64,000 nt of DNA from Eledone cirrhosa (Eukaryota), in the NCBI GenBank assembly GCA_964016885.1, contig OZ024744.1:33852001-33916000 (forward strand), given 5' to 3'. Positions within the stretch are counted from its first letter, which is position 1. Each line of letters starts with the position of its first letter. Positions 54,305 through 64,000 of the stretch are shown in pieces. A program made the position numbers and the translations under genes. The notes beneath the pieces were generated by a model. That model had not been told where the DNA came from, searched no databases, and saw nothing but the letters and a program-made list of their open reading frames with translations.

Positions 54305-57300
54305 TCGTATAGTATAGACGCGTATAACATCGGCTCCTGCCTTTTTGAATTTTTGCCCATTGACAGTAAGTGTTTGTCTCTTTATTGTGTTGTCTTCGTG
54401 CCTTTTAACCACCCGGCTAGGTCTGTAGACGGGTGGTCATCGTATTTTTACCCCTTTTGGGGGTAAAAACTACTCCAAAAATTTTTTTGCTGACTCACAT
54501 GGTAAAAAATTGACGCCACGTCTGTAGCACGTGTGGACGATAACGCCACGCTCACTAATGAAAAAGAGAGAAAGAAGCAAGCGGTACAAAGCGTTTTGCT
54601 TTCCCGCGTCAACGTTGTAAAAGACTTTGTAAAAGGCGATATGCCGGACAAACAATTAAATACGGGTGCAAACTCAATTAATTACAACTCAAACACTAAC
54701 AATGACAAAACAACACACCAAATGAGAAAGATAACAACAACAAAAATGAAAACAACTCAAACTACGAGAAACAGAACAACGAAAACAAAATATCTTTTGC
54801 ACAGACTGCTAAAATATCAGTCACATATGTACTTGAGGATATATCAAATGCAAAAGAAATGTTTGAAAAAGCAAAAAAATATGTATCTTTTGGCGAAAAT
54901 GGATCTTTTTCCATCAATTCGCCCCCAGAACTAAAAAAACAGACGGAATTACGAACTGTTGTATTCCGTACAATTGCAAACAAAACAAAAAAACCAGCAC
55001 AACCATCTCAAGCTGAAATTCAGTTGGTCCTGAAAGAGGCTATGAAAGACATAATTTTCATACAAAAGGATAAACTCTATGGGAGTTTATCCATATTGAT
55101 GAAAGACGAATTGGCGGCGAAAAAATACTCTGTGTCGCCAATTCGTTCCACACACTACACCTTTTTCCCAACCTACATGGGTAAAAAACCCCAAAGAATT
55201 TGGATAACCACCATCACCCCAAACATAAACTACTGGTGGTTACTAACCGGTTTCCTCAACTTAGACGAGGACAACCTTATATCAATAGGGAAGGCATCCG
55301 GCGACGCGTTCAGTGGAACGAGCATTGAAGTTCTGACCCAAATAAGGCCAGAACGTATCGCCCAAATCCCTGAGCGCGTCATGCTGGATGACCGTACCCA
55401 CCTCAACATTATTGTGGAGGGTAGGCGTCCCTCCTGTTACCTCTGTGGCAATAGAGGTCACCTGAGAGCTGCCTGTCCCCAGCTCACACCGAAAAAAACA
55501 TTGCTACCAACACCCCAACAACCAACACCACCACCACCTCAACAACAACAACAACAACAAAAACCAACAACACCACCACAACAAAAACAACAAACACGTG
55601 AAAAAACAACACAGAACACTGTCCCACCCAACCTCTCCCCACCCAAAACAAATACAAAAACACACACACCGCAAACACTACCAGAAAACATACCCGTCCC
55701 ACCCAACAAGAAAGACAAACCTCTTTCGTCGCAAGACGAAAAAGATCCCTTCCAAATAGTAAAAAGAAAGAAGAGGAGGCGCACCACAGACACACTTATT
55801 AACATTAACCCTCCCCAAGAGAACACAAACTATATACAAACCAACCCTCCCCGTCACACAACACTAACTGCTGCGCAAAAAAGACTTTACAATATACATA
55901 CAACAATACACAGACAACAAAGAACTAATGAACACAATTTCGTCAAACCCTTCGGTCCAAACTGAAGGGCCTAACTTTCTAACTGCTGTGGGACTACCTC
56001 ATTTACAAATGATTAAAGTCCCAATGAACTTATACAAAACGTTGAAAATAAATTTCACGGCAGGCTTCTGACCCGTTTTCAGGGGTTGGATCACTGCTAT
56101 GCACAGCAGCCGCATCTGCTCTAGAGTTAAGGTGAACGGCTACCTCTCGGAGCCATTCGAAATCGCGCGGTCCATCCGACAAGGGTGCCCTCTCTCCTCC
56201 CTTCTGTGTGTATTGACTCTCGAGCCACTACTGCGGAAGTTTGAGTTGTTGCAGGGCATCCCTTTGGAACCGGGATTGCGGAAAGCGGTGTCGGCCTACG
56301 CCGATGACGTGACAGTAATGGTGTCGACGGCCTCCTAAATCGGGGCGATCGGCACCTTACTGGAAGAGTACGAAAGGTTCACAGGGGCTAAGCTGAACCG
56401 GGACAAGTCGATCAGTTTGCAACTCGGCACATGGAGGGACAAACCGATGCCCTCCGATGGCGTCGTCGGACGCTAGACCGAGGGCCCGGTGAAGTTGCTC
56501 GGGGTCTGGTTCGGACCAGACCTCCAGGTGGAGAAGAACTGGGGTGAGGTTACGAACAGGGTGTTTGCACTGACCCAGAAGTGGGCCAGTTGCAAACTAT
56601 CCCTGAAAGGTCGGGCGGAGGTGGCGAACACCTATATAGCGTTCGTCATCTACTACCGCCTGACCGTCGTGCCTTGCCCAAGGGAAACCCTCGCCAAAAT
56701 GGAGCGCGCACTCTTCCAATTCCTTTGGAAGAAGCAGGCTCCTTTGGTGAGGAGATCCATCTGCTGTCAACACCCTTCGAAAGGAGGGCTGGGGATGCCG
56801 TGACTAATGATGCGTAAACACGCATTAAGGCTACGGCACCTCCACGTATTCCTCACCGGTCAACCGGTGTGGGCCCCGTTTGTGAGACGAACCTTTCCCA
56901 GACTCGTCTCACTCACCGAGCTGCAATCCTGGGTCAAGCAAAGACCGAGAAAACTCGGCGCCTGGCACACTGAGTGTGCCCAGGCGCTCACCGCCCTCTG
57001 GCAGGCGGATCCGGTTATCAGTGGAGACTCCACCGCGACATTCTATAGAGGGCTGGTACGCAGCAGGTGCGACGACGCCCTCGGAGAAGCCCTAGACATG
57101 GAGGAAGACGAACTGGCCAGCCTGTTCGGTAGGACATTCAGCCCGGGACCTATGGACAACTTCCAGAAGTCCCTGGCTTGGCAGTGCTACCGAGGGGCTC
57201 TACCCGTTCGAGAAAAGCTCTACAGACACGGGCTCCCGGGTAGGGACCCCGCCAAAAAGATCTGTCCCAGATGCGTGTGCGACGAGGAAACCGTTGCACA

Positions 57301-57842
57301 CGCATTGGTACACTGCTCGGGCGTAGCCGATCTGTGGGGCTATGTCGAACGACTGCTATCACGGGTGGGACCGATCCGGTTGACAACCGAGGCCATTGTA
57401 ACGATTAAGCCGCCTCCCCCCTTCAAAAATGAAGGAGAGGCGGTGTTTCTGTGCGTAATAGCCATGGTGAAAGAGGTTGTATGGTGGACGCGTCTGAAAG
57501 GACTGAGGTCAGGCACCTTTCTCTCTGGCCAACAACTGATCCGTTTCTTCCGATATCATTTCGGAAGAAGGATCAGGATGGAGAGAGAGGGGCTCCACCC
57601 CAGTCGTTTTTATGAAAGGTGGGTGAAAGTGGCGAGAATGGCCCGTGTGAATGGGCCTTCTCTTTACATCAGCTTGTAGGTGGAAAAGAGGAAGGAACGA
57701 GGGAGCACCCTCTCTCTGTGCTCCTGAGGAGAAGGGGTTGCGCACTTTTTTCGGGGGTGTGTGCGACCCCCCAAACGCCCCCTCCATATTGAGGACTTTA
57801 TTGTTAATTTTATATTTGTCATTTGTTTTCTTTACACGCGCG
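54305..57842 (+). mobile_element. Internally deleted Tx1/L1 LINE (5'UTR, frameshifted ORF1 ~54499-56050, 3' half of ORF2 ~56060-57679)
   Basis: CYLCGNRGHLRAAC, RQGCPLSSLL, YADD and CPRC..ETVAHALVHC. The endonuclease and N-terminal RT are missing and there are in-frame stops. Preceded by (TATC)n. Confidence 0.92.
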
Positions 57843-57906
57843 TAGACGATGCCAGCCGAACAACAGAGCTGCGATGGAGTTGTTCTGCATGGTTGTCTAA
57901 TGTGTG

Positions 57907-58178
57907 TTTTCTAAATTTAAGACAGTAGGGAGGGGTGTGATATGGGGGAGAGTTAGCTGCTTTTTCTAGCAGGTTTAGTGACCTCATAGAGGATATGTTT
58001 TCTAAATTTAAGACAGTAGGGAGTGGTGTGATATGGGGGAGAGTTAGCTGCTGTTTCTAACAGGTTTAGTGACATCATAGGGGATAAGTTTTCTAAATGT
58101 AAGACAGTAGGAGGTGGTGTGATATGGGGGAGAGTTAGCTGCTGTTTCTAGCAGGTTTATTGACCTCATAGAGGATAT
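57907..58178. repeat. Minisatellite, 3 x ~90 bp
   Basis: ttttctaaatttaagacagtaggga...gatatgggggagagttagctgc at ~57908, ~57998 and ~58089. Confidence 0.92.
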
Positions 58179-58741
58179 TATTGTGTATAGTAAATGAACT
58201 GATACTTCTTTCTTCCACGTTCATTGATAGATGTTTTAAAAAAGATTTATCGCTATTTTTTTTGTTGTTGAATAAATTTATCTGTTGCTTTTGAATAATT
58301 GTTGTTTCGTATGAAATGTAATAAGTTCTCTTTGTCATTGAAGTAAATAAATGTTTGACCGTTCCACACTAAAAAACAAACGTTCTCCCCCCCCCCCCCC
58401 CTTCTCTCTCTCTCTCCCTCTCACTCTCTCTCTCTTAAGGTTTGTAAGTTTAATCGTATATCAGAGAAAGTTGCAGCATGTATGAAGTTTTATCGAATTT
58501 TAAGAAGAGTAGAGTGAGGTAAACTGATTGTATTAGAGGGGTAAAACGTCATGTATTTAGTTTTATCGATTATTTCCGTAATTGTGGGTGAGTTTGAATG
58601 AAATAAATAGTCGTTGACCTAAGTTAGACCACTTACAACATTCTTACAGACATTCAGTCGAATCAGTTTGAAATTGTGCAAATGTGTAAACATGGAACAT
58701 GCACACACACACACAACAAAAACAATCTGCCTTTTATAGAT

Positions 58742-58928
58742 AATTGTTTCTACTTTAGGCACAAGGCCAGCAATTACCCAGTGCATTACTGGTACTTTAT
58801 TTTATCGACCCTGTAAAGATGAAATGCAAAGTCAACCTCGGCGGGATTTGAACTCAGATCGTAAAGGGACGTAACTATGCTGGAAAGTATGGCGTCCGAC
58901 CCTCTACCGATACTGCCAATCCACCGCC
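58742..58928 (-). mobile_element. SINE family A
   Basis: Full-length; TSD ttttatagataat. Confidence 0.92.
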
Positions 58929-58956
58929 TTTTATAGATAATGATATATATATACAG

Positions 58957-59045
<89 letters not shown>

Positions 59046-59269
59046 TTTTTTTTTTTAGACGAACGACTTTCGTCAAATCGGACCGAGGGAACAATGTTTC
59101 CGTTGGTCTTTCCAATTGCTAATACTATCTATCGGTCGCAACTCCAGGTAGAAGGAGCAACGTGAAATAAAGTGTCTTGCTGAAGGACATAACGCATCGC
59201 CTGGTGAAGGAATCGAACTCACAACCTTACGATTGCGAATCCAATTCTCTAACCACTCAGCCACACGCC
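59046..59269 (-). mobile_element. SINE family B
   Basis: Reverse copy of 10476-10696. Its head is duplicated inverted at 60045-60090. Confidence 0.88.
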
Positions 59270-59322
59270 TTCACTATATATATATGTATATATATATATG
59301 TATATGTATATATATATATATG

Positions 59323-60005
<683 letters not shown>

Positions 60006-60085
60006 CATATACATATATATATATACATATATATATATAGTGAAGGCGTGTGGCTGAGTGGTTAGAGAATTGGATTCGCAATCGT

Positions 60086-60134
<49 letters not shown>

Positions 60135-60313
60135 ATATCTATATCTATATATATTTGCAAGAGATGTCGACATGAATGGACCTGTTATTTTTATTTAAAG
60201 ACTTCTTTTCCTTTCCGAAACGTTAAGACCCTCTTCCTGCTATATCAAGCGTTAACCTAATATATCCCTTCCATGTACTGTACCGTTTGTGTTGTTATTT
60301 CTGTTTACCTTTT

Positions 60314-60347
<34 letters not shown>

Positions 60348-60393
60348 CAAAATAAAGATCCGAAGGCATGGTATAAATTTCCAATCATTTTAA

Positions 60394-60463
60394 TCACGAC
60401 ACATGTTTCAATAAGAGATCGATCGTGTGGTCATGATTGATTATCACTGATCTCATCAGGTGA
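60394..60463 (-). ncRNA. Type I hammerhead motif with long imperfect helix II
   Basis: Minus strand: tcac-CTGATGA-[43 nt]-GAAA-catgtg-TC-gtga. Confidence 0.65.
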
Positions 60464-61439
60464 ATAATGAAATATCATCAAATCTTTGATATGAGGGAGG
60501 GAAAAACTAACGATGTTCACTCACTAGAATTCTGTTCCCCATATGAAGATTCAGCAGCCAAAACACGCCAACTGCCATCGTCTTCAGTCAGGGTCATAAT
60601 TCTATCAAGTCTCTATCTGTCAATAGCTGTAAAAGACGCTGAACAGGTGTAATCTCAACATCAAATCTGTAGAATTTCGGTTGGTCACAATTAGTGTGAG
60701 TGAGTACACACCCACTCACACACACCGACGCGAGATCAGAGAAAAATATATATATACCAACATAGTATGCACCGAAAGTTAGGTTACGAAACAACAAATG
60801 TTATATTGGTCAAATCTTAACGATGTAAATTAGAAAAATTGGGCCAACCTCAACCCTACACACACGCAAGTAAATTCCGTTCAACGTTCTGTTATACGTG
60901 TATCGATTGAATTGTAACATCCGTATCGTCTAAATAGTGTATGTTTTGGTATATACACATCCATGTGTAGAGCAAGTAGTCAGCTCGTATCGAACTCTGT
61001 ATGTGCCGTTGTCCCGTTGAGAATCTGAGTCGCCGAGTCTGTGCGTGCAAGCACCCGCCATGTAGGCCACCAAGAGGCTCCATGTAGGGTTGGGTATTTG
61101 AGTTAAGGTGTCAGTGTGTGCCTTTTCCCGTCATATGGGCCCTCGGGCTTTTAAGATAAGTGTTTGAGTGGTGGCGGTGTGTTACCCAACACAAAATAAA
61201 ATAAAATAAAATAACAAAACCCCGGGGATGTGTGTAAGCCCATTGATGGCATGTAAGTAGTATTGTCCATTCAGCAACTGTGAGCACTCCATGATTAAAG
61301 GATCATAGACCAAAAACCTAGTGTAGTATTCAATTGATATTTAATTGATTTTTTAGACTTACTTTTTCCTAAAATAAGTCTAAAAAATCTACCATATGTC
61401 CTGGAAGCTGAAGCGTCTTTGGTGCCGGGAAATATGGTA

Positions 61440-61790
61440 TACTAGCAGTAGTACCTGACGTTGCACGAGATAAGGTATTTTGGAACGCGGGCCACCAACA
61501 GACCTAATCGTGGAAAAACTGCATGCCTGGACAATATGTAAAGAAAATAAATCGAATACTCTGATGGATGGATAATCTTTAAGATTTTCCTCGGTGAAGC
61601 AGGAAAACTGCAGGTTTTCACCTAATGCGGGCCCTAGGGCATCAAGAAAAGGAATTTATGTGCATAACACTCCCTGAAACATAAGTAATACACATGTAAA
61701 GTTTGAAAAACATCGGTTGGGTACTTCTGGAGTTTTAGGGATTCAAATTCACAGACACACAGACACACACACACACACACAGACAGACAT
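61440..61790. mobile_element. Possible non-autonomous Helitron/Helentron-like remnant
   Basis: Starts tactagc followed by a decayed GC hairpin and ends in an (acag)/(ac)n tract. Pattern-level resemblance only. Confidence 0.35.
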
Positions 61791-62361
61791 CCTCAGGGTA
61801 GCTCTCAGCCAACGTGTCTCACACACAAATTATTAAGAGGTGAAAAGATGGTTATTAGAAATAGCAGTCCACATCGATGTATAATAGAATGGTAGCATTC
61901 GGCTCATGTTTCCAAGTCCCATGGCAAGAAGAAAGCGATGGTAACAATGGTAGTGCCAAGAACCTTTAACGGACATTAAATGCCAGTATCTATTATACAG
62001 CGATATAGAGTAGCGAGCTGGATTGCGGCAGCCGCATGCGTAAACCAGTCTATTTCACAACTTCAAAGAGTGAGAGATAAATTAATAGCAGGAATTAGAG
62101 CGCATATCAAAACAAAACAATAAAAAAAGTGAAAAATTGTTTAACTTACTCTCATTAGTCCGCTAGTTAGGAGATAGTAATAATATATATATACTTTTCT
62201 ATGTGGTCTACCTTTCGTGGTAGGGCCTATACCATAGTTAGAACACAATGTAATCCATTTGCAAGTAGTTCAGAGAGATCCAGAGATTGATACCGTGTTT
62301 CGCTGGTCAATCTTTCAGATACAGAATCTGATATATTACATATTTATATTATATATATATA

Positions 62362-62673
62362 TATATTACATATTAGTTTATTTAACAATGACAACAAAGG
62401 TAAGTTATTTTACATATCTCATTCATTGTTTTACGATCGTTTCGGAGGGTTGATCATATCGACATATTGACTAATCTATAGCAGTTAGAAAACTATTACT
62501 ATCAGACATAATATATGGGTTCGATCATACCGTCTTCCGGAGTTCTGTAACTGCTATAGATCAGTCAATATATTAATATGATCAACACTCCGAAACCATA
62601 GTAAAACAATCAATGAGATATGTGAAATAACTTGCCCTTGTTATCATTGTTAAATAAACTAATGGGTAATATA
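62362..62673. repeat. Diverged fold-back palindrome whose arms carry a hammerhead 3' half
   Basis: attagtttatttaacaatgacaacaa pairs with ttgttatcattgttaaataaactaat. ctccGAAAcgatcgTAaaac (-) at ~62427-62446 and ctccGAAAccatagTAaaac (+) at ~62588-62607. Confidence 0.8.
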
Positions 62674-62979
62674 TATATAGGCAAAAGGGATATTTAATTT
62701 GTTGGTAATTCAACAAATATAAATGTTTATAACTGATTCAAAGCACTCAACAGTTTTCTGGGGTATAATATTCAATGATATTAAATAAATGGAAACTATA
62801 TTTATAAAACTATATTTATTCTATTATATATATATTTCAAGGTTGAGGTATAGGGCTGGAAAAAAACGTTATTTTTAGAATCTAGGTAGATTTAAATAAT
62901 TATTAGAATATATGTATGTATGTGTAAGAGGAAGAAAGAAAAAGAGAGAAAGAAGAGCTTGTATTTACGTTAATTTAAA

Positions 62980-63020
<41 letters not shown>

Positions 63021-63026
<6 letters not shown>

Positions 63027-63478
63027 TTGGAGCTCTGAAATAGCAATATATATATGGATGTATATATAATGTATTTTGCAATACACTTTATGCTTAATTA
63101 AAAGCATTTTGAAGACCGTATGCTATTGTTTTAGAGTAGTGACAAATTCACTTACTTTAATCTCAGCAAGCAGGGGAGATAAGCCGACAAGGCCTTGTTT
63201 CGCTTTTGTTGAAGCTTATCAAGGCTAACTACCCCTCCTGTCTACTGAGATTACTGATGTTATATTCTTATAGAATTCTAGTAAATAATCAGGAACTGAT
63301 TATACAGAGCGATTGTTGGTCAGGCAGAAATTAAAAATTAGAATTGGAGCTCTGAAATAGCAATATATATATATGGATGTATATATAATGTATTTTGCAA
63401 TACACTTTATGCTTAATTAAAAGCATTTTGAAGACCGTATGCTATTGTTTTAGAGTAGTGACAAATTCACTTACTTTA
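63021..63478 (-). mobile_element. 1.4 units of a ~317-bp repeat related to the 310-bp array, with a decayed hammerhead at 63182-63226
   Basis: ttagaattggagctctgaaatagc occurs at 63021 and 63338. Minus strand: agcc-TTGATAA-gctt caacaa aagc-GAAA-caaggccttg-TC-ggct. Confidence 0.8.
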
Positions 63479-63481
63479 TAT

Positions 63482-63537
<56 letters not shown>

Positions 63538-63612
63538 AACACCATATCACATATACACATATATATCCACACATATATATACTGATGTTTGAAAACTTAA
63601 AATATATATATA

Positions 63613-63773
63613 TACGATATTAACAAATGGAAACTATATTTATAAAACCATATTTTTATAAATATAGTTTCCATTTGTTAATATCGTATGTTTACTCCAA
63701 ATACTTGTTGAGTGCTTTATATCAGTTATAAAAATATTTGCTTGTTGTATCCCAACAATTTAAATAGAACTTT

Positions 63774-63776
<3 letters not shown>
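63613..63776. repeat. Palindrome 63613-63689 plus tail; diverged inverted relative at 62681-62810
   Basis: atacgatattaacaaatggaaactatatttataaaa pairs with ttttataaatatagtttccatttgttaatatcgtat. Confidence 0.85.
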
Positions 63777-63833
<57 letters not shown>

Positions 63834-64000
63834 TTAACACAAATCAATATATTTGATAAACACAAATATCCTCATATTTATGTTTGTATTGTAAATGACC
63901 AAGTTAGCTAGATAGAAATATACTAATAATAATATTACAGTTTGCCTATCATGACTTAAGATAATACATCATAAATCAACAAAAACAAATTGTACTGGCA

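Overview
AT-rich, microsatellite-dense animal DNA. It is probably from a coleoid cephalopod such as octopus, inferred from repeat content only. No host protein-coding gene is recognisable, and almost all short ORFs in the track are translated microsatellites. Autonomous-type elements present: one near full-length and three partial L1/Tx1-type LINEs, four Penelope-like (RT/GIY-YIG) fragments, an RTE fragment, a CRE-like endonuclease fragment, a decayed DD37D (maT) Tc1/mariner and a decayed Chapaev3-like DNA transposon. There are also two tRNA-derived SINE families, a MITE pair, a 6.3 kb CAA/CAC satellite and a 200-N gap. The main signal is non-coding. Read by eye, about 26 type I hammerhead ribozyme motifs from more than 15 distinct sequence families lie in short tandem or fold-back units embedded in (TA)n. 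They include a head-to-head array of near-identical 310-bp units with six ribozymes (50246-52163), ribozymes with long or branched helix II, and recurrent core variants at position 4. This fits a diverse Penelope pseudo-LTR / non-LTR retrozyme system. All folds were paired manually and none was computed or tested.
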